Below, in pieces: positions 37,461 to 51,779 of a stretch of 64,000 nt of DNA. This stretch comes from Camelus dromedarius (taxonomy: Eukaryota). The notes beneath the pieces were generated by a model. That model had not been told where the DNA came from. It saw only the letters and a list, made by a program, of their open reading frames with translations, and did not search any database. Made by a program: the position numbers and the translations under genes. The stretch spans positions 66,962,001-67,026,000 of the forward strand of contig NC_087436.1 of the NCBI RefSeq assembly GCF_036321535.1. The letters run 5' to 3'. Numbering within the stretch: position 1 is the first letter of the stretch; the number at the start of each line of letters is the position of its first letter.

Positions 37461-39309
37461 ACACTGCGATGGAGAGAAAAAATAGATAGGGGTTGGGGTG
37501 GAGGGAAAAAGGATTTCACAGCATGATCTGCTAATGGGGGAACAGTCAGTCTTTGAAGCATACTTTCCTGAGGAAGTAGGGCTTAAAGTGCAGTCTGAAA
37601 GATGACGCCTTTAGCTAGCTTATCACAGTTAGGTTAAGAAGAAAAGACTAACAAGAGGATATCATGGATAAAGGCCATTTTCCAGTTTATATTTGTGTTT
37701 TCCTATAATGTGGGAGTGTTTTAAGAGCCTGTTGGCACTGTTTTACAGTGACTTTAAATATACAGAGAGATACTTAGTAAACAAATAATACATGCATGTC
37801 TCAACCCTACTTTGCAGGAATACACTATGACTATTGCTAATTCATTCAATATAACTGCATATGTCAAAGACAAAATACAACATTTGCCTTGTATGCCAAA
37901 GAGGAGCTATACATTTTAAAGAACTTTCTTCATAATTGTTAAGTTTCCATGTGGGAACTCTAAATGCAAAACTGTGCTTCATCTAAACTTCAGTGTATGC
38001 TTAATGACTATCTTGAATTTCTTAAATTATTTATCTTAATTACCTTAGGGTTGGGTGTGCTTTCTGTTTTTCTAAAAAATAATGAATACAAAGCTACTTT
38101 GGAACAGGATTGTTCTTCACTATACTGGCATTTGTATTATATAGTATAATATCTATTCCCTTTGGAATTCTTTTCTATCACTGTCCAAATAAAGAGCTTT
38201 TCTATATCCAACAATGTGCTCGTTTTTACCCACTTCAGCATCACTTTATCCTTTATTTGCCTCTCCACGCTCAGTGCAGGCCTCGATGCTCATCATTATC
38301 TCTCCTCCCCTTTGGTAGAAAGCAAAGCCACAATAAGGTTCTGGCAAAACTCACCCTGATCATAACCAAAATATAAGAGATTAACAGTGTTCAATTAGTT
38401 CTCCTCATTTTTTGCCCTTAAGTTTGGGGAGAGGGAATCACATGCAAAACCCTCACATACAAGGTTTTGCTGAAGTCTGTGTAAAAGAAAAGAAAATTCA
38501 GTTTCAGTTTCTCTTGATTCAAGAGTATTCACATGAAACACTAACGATGTGTTCACAGTCCATCTTGAATAATCTAAACCTGTGTTATTTTCAACTTCAA
38601 AAGTAAATATGTAGGTTTCTGTCTCAAAGAAATCAGAAAATAGAACAAAGTGACACCATAACAAGAAAAGCCATAAACTCCTGTTTTAAAGTGATGTCTG
38701 TGTAGGACTACGCTCATTCTTTCTCCCCCAGGCAGAGAGCAGGTTACTTGGTCTCCATTTTAGTACAAATACCATTTAAGTCAACATTCTGAAATCTCTC
38801 TCAAACGAATAAATTATTCTGGATGATCCTAACAGACCCTAAGATCAGCATAAGAAAATATTTCAAAAATAATGTTTATCCTCTTTGAATGGAAGAAGAA
38901 AAGAGAACAAAAATAAGAGCTTGCGATGCAATTCAGAAGTGACACCCAGGGGAACGTGATAGGCTTGCCCGTTGTGTGTTACAGGAAGTACACAGAACTC
39001 AGTGGGGAAAAGGCAGTTTCCAGCAAAGCAAAGGAGGCAGGTGTATCTTGTGATCTTTCGTAACAACAACATACGGAAAGAGCAACAGTGGAATTTCTAA
39101 GATGTAAGAACGTGATCTGCTCTAAACAAACATAACCATTCATTTCATTCTCATAAGTTTTGAAAACACTTGCTAAAAAATTTCCAGGAAACAATGCTTT
39201 TACATGCATGCTTAGACTATATAGATTAATCAATATTAAATGTTCCAGAAGGTGACTGAAGTAACTCTAGTGTAATTAGAAGGAAGCAAAGTACATCTTC
39301 AGGGTGTAT

Positions 39310-39780
39310 ACAGATAGGGCAATGAATGTTCTGTATGATTCTGTAATGGTAGACATACATCACTACGTACTTGTTAAAACCCACAGAATCGGGGGGAGGG
39401 TATAGCTCAAGTGGTAGAGCACATGCCTAGCATGCCTTAGGTACTGGGTTCAATCCCTTGTACCACCACTGAAAAATCAAATAAATAAATAAACCTAATT
39501 ACCTGCCCTCTGCAAAAAAAAAAAAAAAAAAAAAAAAAAGCCCACAGAACGTAAAATAGAAAGAGTGAACTCTAATATACACCACAGCCTTTAGCTAATA
39601 CGGTATCCATATCGGCTGATGGATTGCAGCTAATGTACCAGACTCTGCAAGCAATGTGCTAATAACAGTGGAAACAGGGTGAGGAGAATACGAGGTTGTG
39701 TATAGGAACTTTCCATGCCTCCCGCTCATTTTTCTATAAATCTAAAACTTCTCTAAAAATTAAAGTATATTAATTTAAAA
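39310..39780 (+). mobile_element. L1MC-type (L1MC3-like) 3'UTR interrupted by a SINE
   Basis: ctgtatgattctgtaatggtagacata...aaaacccacagaa [SINE] ...aagagtgaactctaat...aatgtacca...tttttctataaatctaaaacttctctaaaaa. Confidence 0.75.
39390..39539 (+). mobile_element. Vic-1-type camelid SINE with A26 tail
   Basis: ggggagggtatagctcaagtggtagagc...gggttcaatccc...ataaataaataaacctaattacc followed by 26 A. Flanks aaaacccacagaa and aaagcccacagaa form the TSD. Confidence 0.9.
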
Positions 39781-40889
39781 ATAAAACAAATGGTTAAAAA
39801 ATTATTTTAAGACAAAATTTTATGAAAACATAAAAAATAGAGGGATGGCAATAGAGTCAATCATGAACTCAATTAATTCTCTAGGCCTCTTTTATTATTC
39901 CTTTGTCCCATTCTTAAGAACTATTATTACTGTTAGAATTATGCCCTAATGGATTGAGGCTGAAAAATTTTGAGACTCTCAATATAAAATATTAACAAAA
40001 GGTGCTCTGGGGGAAAAATATTTACTCAAATAAGCAGTGAAATTTAGAACTGAGGGTAACTATGCATATTTTACATCATTTAAGCCAGAAGTTAGTCTTT
40101 GTTTTGCTTGTTTTTGTTTCTGTCCACAATTAAAGACCAGTTCTGGAGGGAAAGAAAGTTTAGAAAACCTCTTCTTAATTTTATTCAAAGTGAAATTAGA
40201 GTATTAAGTCCTTCATTTGGGAGTTGAGGTATAAAAATTCTTAAAAGTTTACTTATTTCTTTGACTATTCAAATGCCAAAGAGACAGCTGAGTGGTTGTT
40301 ACTTTAAACTACCAAACTGTTGTTTTCTGGCTATGTTTGAAAATAGCAATATAGAAACATCTTTTTAATCAACTATCATCGTTTCTATTTCTTTAGTGGT
40401 TGACGGATGACATGATGCATTCAAATGCATTATCTTATTTTATTATAAAGCAATACTACAAGATGGATGATATAATAGCTACCCATCACCACTTAGCAAA
40501 TAGGAAAGCTGAGAGTCATAGTGGTACCCAAAATAACAGAGTGAATTACAGATATGGCTGAGAGTCAAGTTAATTCACTCTTTACATTATCTATTGTTTC
40601 TTTATCTATTTAATTATCTAATTATATATAATATAGACACACGATATAACAAATGCAACTTATATATGTGAGCACTTCATGTGCTATATATTTTTTTCAA
40701 ATATGTATTACAGTCTAGCTGTTAAGTGTATGTGACTCATTCTTGCTCATTTCAAACTTTCTTTGAGGTGAATTTTCTCTTCAGTACCAACTCCTCTTCT
40801 GTATAAACTAGAAGCATGGGAACCATCAAGAACCTAGTCATGTCTCTGGAACTGTTTGGAGGAGTTCACCTCTGGTTTAAAATAATCAG

Positions 40890-41070
40890 TATCCTGGAAG
40901 GCCTGGGGTTGAAATAGATCCAGTCTCTTATCTACTGCATAGCCTTGAGCAAGTCACTTACCCTTGCTGAACCTCATTTTCTTCATCTACAAAAAAAAAA
41001 AATACTAAGTGTCTTTTTTTCACCCTGTCATTGTTAGTATTAAATGAACTTATATACCTGAAAGAGTATA
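40890..41070 (+). mobile_element. MIR SINE
   Basis: gccttgagcaagtcacttacccttgctgaacctcattttcttcatctacaaaa core. Confidence 0.75.
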
Positions 41071-41289
41071 TTTTTTTTCATGGCAAGACAAAGATGGCAC
41101 CACGTGTGCCAAATTTAATACATGTGTTCCTCCCCATTGTGTCATAAACTACTGGAATGACTTTTAGCAAACACTGTCACCTTTCTGCTACTTCTGTACA
41201 TGCAGAGAAAGAAAAGATAGGAATAGAAAGCATTTCATTTATCACATCACTCCAACACTCTGATGACCAATTCTCAAAATAATAATGCC

Positions 41290-41406
41290 TCAGGCTCCAG
41301 GGTGTCAGAGACTTCTGCTTATTTTCTGCACTATTATAACTCTGATGCTGAGAAGAGTGACTGGCACAGACTATTGCCCAATACGTATGTGTTGAATGAA
41401 TGAATG
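41290..41406 (+). mobile_element. L2 3' end
   Basis: agagtgactggcacaga...caatacgtatgtgttgaatgaatgaatg. Confidence 0.65.
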
Positions 41407-42679
41407 CAGCAAATTTGCTTAAAAGCAGACCTCACTGTAACATGGTACTTCTAGATGTGTACAGAAAAAAAAAAGAGTTAAAAGTTACCGTGAGGCAGAC
41501 ATACACAGTCTGTCTCATACACTGTGTCTAAAAAGCACATGCTGAAGCCCAAATTCAAATGCTACCTCCCAATTAAGGTGAAGTACTCAAGCAAAATCTA
41601 GGAAGAAAGCATCTCAGCATATAACAAAGAAGTTTCTTGTTGCTTTTTTTTTTTTTTTTAAATAAAGTCCCTCCTGGAACAAAAGAAAACCCCAATGCTT
41701 GTGTAACATTGAACAAAATGACCCCACGATAATGCCAACGTTGCAGACTGGCAGCTTCAGCTTCAATGAGTGAAGAGTATCAGGCAGAAACTGAGTCAAA
41801 CGGGGTGATTTGCTTACTTTCTTCCAATAGTGGCCTTCACTCAGCGCTGGGCTGTTGAGATCATAGAAAGCAGCTAGCTCTGGCTTTCTGGAACTTCCAA
41901 CTAAACAGAGAAGCTGGAAATTCAGATTTTATATGAAATCTCCTCATCTTTAAGTGCTGACAATAAATTCATACAGATATAATTATGTTCAAAAACAAAG
42001 AAATAAACAAAAAACCCATGATGAACTGGTGAATCTCTTAGCATGAGGAGAATAGAAATGCAATAGAGGGTCAAGGAAAGGATGTTTACTGAGTGCCAAC
42101 CCTGTGCCCAGCTCTACTCTCAGTCCCACTTACTTAATCTTTATGCAAAACGATACCTCAGTAATGTATGCCCTATTTCATAAATTTAAAAAAAAAGAAG
42201 TTATCCTTCTAATAAATATGTATTGAAGTTCAATTATACGCCAGGAACTGAGCCAAGTTTTAGAAACACTGGACAGTGGTAACTATGAGATAGCTTTAAG
42301 AAATCTAAAGGCTTACAAGCATAGAAAAAGTATTCCAGGTGCCATGACTGCTTCTAAGAAGCGTATGGAACATGTATGTGCATGACGACAAGGGATGAAC
42401 AAGTGTTTCTTTCTCCTAACTACGTGCCCAATTCTTAGGCCTAGACTTAAGGTAGTATTTTTTAACCAGTCTAAGAAATAAAATAAAATATTCATTCTTA
42501 AGGCCTGAAGTTCAGGAAAATGTTCTGAAAACAGAATATTCTTTATTTATGGGAGAGCTCAGAGTCAGATCAAGTCAAGACAGCCTTACAAGAGCATTCT
42601 ATCACAGAGTTATCAGGTTATATATAATAATAATTCTCTGAGGTCAAGTCTTGGAAGTATCTCCTACCCAACTCTGCAC

Positions 42680-42975
42680 ACTCTAGTGCCTGCTGGTTTT
42701 CACCCTGATAACAGATTGCTATTTTTTTCAAGGCTACTTTAAAGAGCTGGAGAGGCAAGAAAGGACATAGAGCACCTTAAAATGCCACCAACTTGCTGTT
42801 CTCACAAGATCTGGTCATTTTTTTCTTGAATAAATGCTCCCTGGATTGCTCTAAGATTTTGATTATTTCTAAAGTTCTGAAAAGTTGAGTCTTACAATAT
42901 TTTCCAGTTTTTTCATGGCTTCTATGGAGAAGAAAATTTTCAGATGCCCTTCCTCCAAAATTTTTGCTGGCATCG
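42680..42975 (-). mobile_element. Old L1 (L1M-type) 5'-end fragment
   Basis: ttttcttgaataaatgctccctggattgc...aagttctgaaaagttga...ttctatggagaagaaaattttcaga resembles antisense ancient L1 5' ends. Confidence 0.6.
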
Positions 42976-45466
42976 CTCTGCAGATCTCTATTTCACCTAT
43001 GAGTTAGATTGCTAATCCAATCATAAATGACACAGCCTAATAATAACCTGTAAAAATATATATATATTTCTTATTGGAACTACTTGTACTTTGTATGCTT
43101 ATTTTCTTTAAAATATAATTTTAAAAGTTTCTTCATTTTGCGTTTAGGGGACATAACACAAAATAGAATACCTGGACTCTGCACATATTCCTCATACTTG
43201 GGTAAGTGCACATTTACTAAATTTCTCTAATTTACCTTCTTTTTCTTCAATATTAACATCAGCCATTAGCTATGTCAAAAGGAACATGACTCAAAAAATT
43301 ATAAGAATTTTGAAAAATACTCATTTAAAAAGCTGAACAAAATTAAGACTACACTAACAATTATAACAGAAAGAAAAACAAATCAGGAAATTGTTAAAAT
43401 GACTGGAAATAGTCCATCCCTAATACAAAAGATTATGTTTCTATAAAGGACTTAATTGTGCTTCATACAGAAATCACATACAAAATTGAGTAACTTCCCC
43501 TAAAATGTCTAGTTGCAAGAACAAGTGCAACATCAGATTTACCCTCACAGTTACACTCAGTAAAACCTTTTCTAAATAACTTCTGAATAGAAACAGGAGA
43601 AACATAAAACTAAATGCAAAGAGATTTGCAGAGAATGACATATCTTCTCAGGCTTTTAAAAAATTAATTTCAACCCAACATGTCAGCCATCTTCTCAGAA
43701 AGGGCAATTTAAAATATTTATGTAATAAATCATTTTTGATATGTGAAAAAATGCAGAGTACAAAACATTTTTACAGGTTCTCATAGGTGGATGGTAGTCA
43801 GTGTTACCTGTGTAGGGGCAGTGAAAGATGAAATAAAAAAAGAAACTTAGGTAGCAAGTGAAGGGAAGGAGAAAGAAAGAATAGAGCAAGGAAGCTCATA
43901 AGAAAGATAGAAGAGAGACAGACTGAGAATATTTACTATTATGTTAGCGTAAGCTATACCTGAGTAGGACAACTTTTTCTCATTTGGCCTTTCTTTATGT
44001 TCCAATAGCTTAAGAATCTACTTTTAATATTTTATTTATATCTCTAAATGGAACCATAATAGTTAACAACCAAAAAGAAATACCAGCGTAACAAAAAAAG
44101 AGGAAGCACACTGAGATAAGAATGTTAGCATATAAATTATTATGAATTAGAACAAATACTACTACTCATTTTATTTCTATAAAAATAATAATATCATAAG
44201 TAAAGGGCTGATTAGTACATTTGGTTTACTCATCAACTGGAAAAAATATTACATTTTGGCTATTTGGGTTGTTTTAACCACTTGTTAGAATATTCGATTA
44301 CTTAATTAAATTGAAATTAACCTTCAAAGTCATATGAAATACTATTAGTCTGCATAGTTTTCTAAATTAATTGCACATATACACTATATTATCAAGTTTT
44401 AAATATTCAGATTGTCTGACAATATTTTCTTAAGATGGAGGATTGAAAATATCATTTGCCTTTGCCATAAGGTGGTTCAATAACGATGTTGGGTAGTTTT
44501 AACTTGAAAATTAAAAAAGATAAAAATTAAAGTTACTAAATAACAAAAATATCTCAAAGTCTAGATTGTTTTTTAATATAATAGTCATGCATTATAGTTA
44601 ATGTTTTCTGTGTAATACAGTGATTTTACGTCACAATATTTTACTTATGCTTTCATTTTCATCTAATAATATGGATGTATTTTTAATTAAGCAAAAATAA
44701 TAGAATACTTTGTATATAATCTATGCATTAAGATTGGTAGTATTATAAAGACTTTAATATGCATATTGTTTAAAATGGCTTACCTAATTTTCACCCTAAA
44801 GGTCTTATTTTTAATGTATATCAGTAAAATAATTTACTAACAAAAACAATGGTTGATTATAAAAATCTTCCAATGATGCATATTTGTTGAAAGTTTTCAA
44901 CAGAGAAAAATTCAAGAATTAAAAGAACACCTTTGCATGATGACTGAACTGATAAGGTGAGAAATTTTAATCTTAATGGAATTTAAAGGAACTTCTTAAA
45001 ATATTTTCATTCCCTAATGTAGTGAATGAAACATATAATAAATTGGTCCCAGTGTCGATTCAACACTGGTCATTGACATGTTAACTTTTATTTCCTATTA
45101 GTATAAACACGATAAGGGCAAATCAGCAGCAAATCTTTTTTTTCTTTTAAGCTCTTTTTTTAAAGATAGACCAATTCTAAAAGTGTGTTGGCTGCTTCAA
45201 CTTGAATGCTGAAGGAAACTTCCCATTTCTTCACAGGGAAATATCCAGCGAGGAAAATAATACATTTGTTATTCAGTCATTAAAATCTCTTCCCTATTTG
45301 CCTGCTTTTCCTAGCCAGAGCTAATCTGAGGTCTCCTCTGGCCCTTCACACACACAGCCCTCATATCTTAACAACAAATATGTCCAGAGAGTTTTCAATT
45401 ATGTGACATTTAAGATGATGTTTATTCATGAAGTTTCAGTTGTAGGGAAAATTTCATAAGGCTTAC

Positions 45467-45531
45467 CCCATTTTTTGGAAAAGCAATCCATCCCAGGTCC
45501 CCCATGACAGTCCGTGAATCCAACAAATTCA
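45467..45531 (-). CDS. EPHA5: EPHA5 coding exon 2 (65 nt): (V)[21 protein letters not shown], start of the ephrin ligand-binding domain
   Basis: Minus strand reads ...ttctcttttAG|TGAATTTGTTGGATTCACGG...CCAAAAAATGGG|GTaagc. It starts after a phase-1 intron and ends at phase 0, joining exon 3 in frame (KNG|WEEIG). Too short for the ORF track. Confidence 0.96.
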
Positions 45532-46335
45532 CTAAAAGAGAAAGAACACAAAGCTTAGTCAAATATATAAATATACATCATTGTTTTCATAGTGTTATTA
45601 AAAGTACAAATTGCTCACATGACTGAAAGTAGATTAAGCACTCGTATGATGAATGCAAGAGTTATAACTCAAAGAAAACATTATTAGGATGCAAGATAAC
45701 AAGTGATTTTTGAATAACCATTTGGAGAACAATTACAGAAAAAATATGTAAACAAGTCATTACCCTAAGTGCTTTTTTCTGTCAAATGAGAATAAAAGAA
45801 AATAATTAATAAGAAAAAGAAAAAAAATGAAAGGTCCACAGATAACCATGAGGGCCATGCTTTTGTTTTAAAAGGCTCTACGTTTTAGGATTAAGCTTCA
45901 GCCATAAAACGGTGGCTCAACAAACTATATTTTCTTTTGGAAAGCTGTTATGAAGCAGTTAACAAATAACTTACATTAAGCAGCAATAAACTATTCCCAA
46001 GCTTGTAACGTTTTTTGTGATATTAACCAAAATCTGTAATCCAAATTGCAAATTTAATTAAGAAATAAGTCTACAGACCCTTAATAACCAAGCCTAGAAA
46101 GCTGTAGCAGCTCTAAGGTTGTTGCTATAGTTAAGTGCCCACTGCACTCCCAAAGATATTTTCTACTTATTATGTAACTATAGTCCAAAATGAGATTCTT
46201 ATAGGACTATTAGCTACATTTTTGAAAGGCAGACCTCAATTATGGTTGGATATCCTAAAATATTTGTAATTCCCAGAATGTAAATCTACATCATCATTGC
46301 AAAAGGAAGCCATGGAAAAGTAGGTACATATATAT

Positions 46336-46350
46336 ACACCCACACTCACA

Positions 46351-46389
<39 letters not shown>
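46336..46389. repeat. Imperfect (CA)n microsatellite
   Basis: Direct reading. Confidence 0.95.
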
Positions 46390-46392
<3 letters not shown>

Positions 46393-48641
46393 CATGGAGT
46401 GTGGAATTTACATTTCAACAGGTTCACCTACTGTCCCTGTGAAATTGAAGTAGTTTAAAGGATGCTGTGTAGTCAAAATGCTTTACATCTAGATCACAGA
46501 TCATTATCTTTTAATATATTATACCTAAACCAAATGGAGCTACCTGGCATGCTGTAGAGCTGAGGCACTCTGAATGAGCATGGCATTTGGACCCAAAAGG
46601 GAAACAACTGGATTAACTCTAGTCAGAGCTACTGAAACTTCCTCTAACTGCATTCAAGAGCCAGTATCTTGAAACGCCAGCAGCTCTAAAAAAGATGGTT
46701 CTATCTGCAAGGGTATGCCTGGTGTACTAAAGGTTTAACAGTTGATAGGCTGAGAAATGTGTTATAAAACTTCAACAAGAGAACATAAAATTATTATGAC
46801 CAAGGAAATCAAGATCACCACTGGAACAAATTTTCTACATGTATGGAAATTATGTGCATTTAACCCTATTTCATATCACATATGCAAACATACATATTTT
46901 ATACACTAAGGTAACAGTCTGTATTAAAATTATTACTGTAAGAATAAAACAAAAACTTAAAAGTTTAAAAAAGATACATACTCAATACTATAACATATAC
47001 ACATACTTGTTTCTTTTCCTCATTAAGTTCTGAGCTCTTAATAAAAATGCTTGCCAATAAAACATGTATCAACTTTAGCTTACACACACCGTACTGGCTT
47101 TAGGGAACAAAATAATAAATAATTTGTGGAATTATTATTTTTTAGAGGAAACATATAACTGAGAAAGCCATCCTTTAAAACAGCAAAAACCAAAAGCAAA
47201 CAAACCCAAACTGTTTCACTACCCACTAACCTTGCAAATCTGCCAATCATGCTACTAAATCTAATTTTTCAGATAGATCTGTACTCTCATCTTTTTACTC
47301 TACTGTTGGCTTTTCTGGTTTCTATGGGAATAAGGCTACATTAAACTTAAATGTCCTTGTCCTCATTTTAGTTTTTTCTGGGGCACTAGGGCTGTGTCTA
47401 GACATGACTAAATATCAGGGGAATGCAGAACCTAAATCGTTCTGTTTATTCGTCTTTATGACTCATTTGACTCACCTTTGATACTGAGAGGCAGCCTCTC
47501 TGCATAGACTAGATAAAGTAGCACAAATGAGCAAACTAAAGGTCTTCTACCGTGATGGCAGTCATACTGAACTAAATCCTGTGGTGGCAAACTGATGTGC
47601 ATAGGAATTCTAGGAATTCATAACTAGCCTACCATAAGAAACACAGCATTCCTAGGAGATCTCTTAATAATATGTGCATCTTGAAATATTCATTATTACC
47701 AGCAGAATTCTAGAAGTCTTTCTAAAATTTAGTGACCCTCATTTGAATTAACTTTAAATGACCATTTTTACTCTTTTGGCTTAGAAAATATATATGTGTG
47801 AAAGTAAATGAATGACCTCAAAATACTAGCTTGGCTGTTAACACAATTTATTGGCAGTTTTCAATACTGGAATACATTACTGAACACATGAAAATAACAG
47901 TAGGAATGTATATTATCTTTCTTTTGATGAACTTGTCAAAAGGTTTTCTTCAGATAAACGGATTAGGAGGTTTACAGGAAACACATGTATGTCACATTTC
48001 ACTACTGTCTAAAATTGCTTTCCTCCTAAAATCAAATGATTTTAAAAAAATTCACAATGCAAAGCAGATATTTACATATACCATTACTGAGTTGGAAACT
48101 GAGAAAAAAGAGAAAAGTTAGGTGTTGTAGGTAATTACCGACAGAGTACTATATTATAATTTTGTTCATATAATGCAGAGAAAATTGAGATTTGATGCCT
48201 CTGGGAAAACAACTATCTAAAATTAGATCCATCTAAAATTAAATAGGTAGATAGACAGATACAGATAGAGTGTTCTTTTACCTCCAAGCTTTGCATGTGC
48301 TGCTTTAGCTATCTCAAATACCCTTCCCCTGTTGTGAATGCTAACTCTTCATTTGTCCTTCAAAATGTATTTCAGGAATTGCCTTCTCCAGGAAGCCGTC
48401 TCTGATTCTCCTTTTCCTAAATCTAGGTAAGGTAGTATTATTGAACATTTTATTAACATCTGATTTTAATCTCCAAAACAGGGAATACATAGAGTTGTAC
48501 TGTTCCCTTAAAAGAACACCATGTTTGACTCATGCCTATGAATGTAGTCTGCCCTCAGAACAGCAGAATAGCCATTTGTCTTATGAATGAATCATTTGGT
48601 CAGTGGGCAGATCAGGAGGGTGTGGCTGGATCAACACACAT

Positions 48642-48854
48642 CAGTGGTTCTCAACATGGGCATCTGATAATGTCTGGAGACATTTTTGATTGTCAAAACT
48701 GGAAGGTAGAGGGAGTATTTGCTACCGGTATCTCATGGGAGAAGCCAGGCTTGCAACTGACTAAACCTCCTTCATGCACAGCAAAAGTCCTCCCACTCCC
48801 CAGGAAAGAATTATTTGGCCCAAATTTCACTAGTGCCAAAGCTGAGAAAGCCTG
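48642..48854 (+). mobile_element. MER20 hAT-Charlie MITE
   Basis: cagtggttctcaac...aatgtctggagacatttttgattgtca...aaagaattatttggcccaaa...gctgagaaagcctg. Confidence 0.85.
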
Positions 48855-51779
48855 GTATACATCCATGATGCTGCTAGAAAATCTCTACCTTCCTTGTAAA
48901 ATGCACCTGTAGCACAATCTTCATTAATAGAAGTTCACATATTCAGAAGCATTCCTTATGAATCAAAATACTACTCCTATTTAAGGAAATGAAAGTAATA
49001 AAAATTGAAGTCTTATTTAGAGACAAAATAGAGTATTCTGATTACCTAACATCCCTAAATTATTTTTAGTAATTAATGTAACTATTATTACAAGTGTTCT
49101 TATTTACACTCTAATAATTTCTCAATATTCATAATGGTATGTATGAAAAAAACACTATGCCACTGATGTTATTAATGCCTCCATTCCCTCCATTACTTAA
49201 GCTACTAACATCAAAACCAGTTTAGACATAGCTTATATATAAATGTGAATTTTCAGAATTTCCTTTTCCAATTTCATTACTGAATTTATTAAAAGGGGGT
49301 TTGGCAGTAATGGAGCACAGTCACTAAGTATCTTCTGTGCTACAATTACAGTAATTAAATTGTTCTGAACTGTATATGCTTGTTGTAAACTGCAATGAAT
49401 ACAAAATGAGAATTGATCTTCGTTGTACAACTTAATTAAAACTTGTCCAGGAGAAGCCACTAATGAATATAATTAGAGGAAATGTTTGATACCAGAGTTA
49501 CTCTGAAAGACATTAATTAGATATCAGAAATTTTATGGAAAATATTTTTATTCTATTATTTATATTTTAAAATGAAACCACACCATTAAACTGAGAGACA
49601 GTCTTCAAGGTCATTTTCCTTCAGCCATTGTATAATTACAATGAAGATGGGCATATTGGTTTGTGTTCTAATCAGTAATTAAGAAGACTGATTCTCTGAG
49701 AGAAATAACTCTACAGAGGTCAATGAGTACTTAGTCTATTGCAAATTCCTAAAGTTAATGCAGGGAAAAGAAAGACTCCAGAATACAGGAACTTTTTAAT
49801 AAGTAAAAATCAGTTAACTGCCCAACCAAATAACAGATTATAATAGGAAACAATCCAAACTAATATTAAGTATGTTTTATTTTTATTACTACACACTAAT
49901 AATTTTAATGCTTTCTTGAAAAAAACATAGAAAAGCTTTTAAAGAATTTACTTTCAGAAAAGCCAGAGGGTTGCTAACTACACTTTTTGTTGGGATTCAA
50001 GAGAACAAGGGGAGGGCAGAATGAGTAAGATGGAATATGCACCAAAAGACTTCTAAGGCCTCAACTTCACACATTCTAACAATTAAAGATTAATTGGAGT
50101 TAAGTATTCAAATATGCTCTTTAATGGTTATAATATTCAAATATTCATAACTTGCTGTGAATCACTCTGACTCCATTACTTCCTCCTTAATATCTTGCCA
50201 ACATTAGTCACAAAAAGCAAAAAAAAGGACAATGATGCACTGGGATGAATGTGTCTTGATGACAGCTCAAGGTTACTCAGTCCCATTGCCATCAGCGGGC
50301 AACGCCTTGAAAGAAAAGTGTGATCCTCGATGACATGAGGTGAAGAAGAGTCACAGGACATGGTCTTCATCTTATATTGCTTCTCTTCCTCTATGATCTT
50401 CATATCAACAAACAAACACAATTATAATGGTAGTCGGACTTCCACCACAGTGTAGAGAGAATAATCTGGATTCGTAGCAGATAGGATGGTAATCTTCCCT
50501 AAAGGCATTGAATACAGGAGAGTTTTGATGGATGCTTGCTTGTTGATTTCCATTTAACGATATCAGAAAAGCTACCGGATTCAATTATAGCACACATTTA
50601 ACTAATCTGTGGGAATAAACCCCAGATATACAGCTGTCCAGCCTCTCTCCATGGTACCATTCAGCACAGATGTGATTTCTTGCTTCTAGGCTGAATTTTA
50701 TAATTTGACAACTGCTGCAGGGAACAAAGAACAGTTGGCAAAAGGAGTGCAGAGAAAGAAGCCATGTGTTTCCCATTGGAAAAGTAAATTTGTAAATTTG
50801 GTAAAAATTATGTTTTAGGTTTAGTGTGTTACACAGATTTCTAGCATCTTTACTTGAAAACAAGAATCTATAACCAACTGTATTTCCACAGACAATGAAT
50901 GGGAGAGTATTCATTTCTTTTGCAAATCTGAGCAACTTAATTGTATAACCTTTCTTAGAAAAAGAAGAAAGAATATGAGGAAAGGAATGTATTCAGTGTT
51001 TACTATGTGTCAGGTGCTCTACCAGGCAACCTATACATGTTCCTTCATTTAATCATCTCAAAAACCTAGAGGATCAACAGAATCCTGACAGTCTGCAGTC
51101 TCACTTGGAGCCCCAGCAGGATTACAGCCACCTATCTCCCCAGCACATCCAAAGGTCATGAAGTAAACCCTAATCATGAATGAACCTACCTTACTTATTT
51201 GTACATGAATCATGGCTGTCAAACACTGCTTGAGAAAAATCTAGAAGACTGGTTCTGAAAACTTGTGATAATCATGGAGCTCTGATTTGCTGGTTTTCCT
51301 TACGTTTTGCTAGCATATGGTCATGACCTCCACGAACACTCTCTCTCACCTTTCACCTTCAGTGGCAACATATTTCTATGGTTTTCTTTTATCTCTCTGG
51401 CTATATGTTTCCATTATAAGCTACTCTTCCTCTAACAACCATTCAAACCTTCGCTTCGATCAATACTTTATTTTTGTGGACTGTCTTCACTTATCATTCT
51501 ACACCAATGATTCTTGACTAGGACTTAAAACAGGAATAAAAAAAAAGAACGTTTTGGAAAGAACAAATGTCTTGGCATCAGTCCATACATACTGAATAAG
51601 ACTATTCAGGTTGGAGAATGACTAGGATATTCATTTTTTTGTTTGTTGGCTGCTGGGTTTTAAAGGTGAAATTACCATCTCTCTCATGTATCTTCTATGT
51701 AAGGACCCCTGTAGAGGAGCTCACAAACTTCCAAGTATTCAATTGTAATGTAAATGTTAATAACCCCTCAAATACATAT

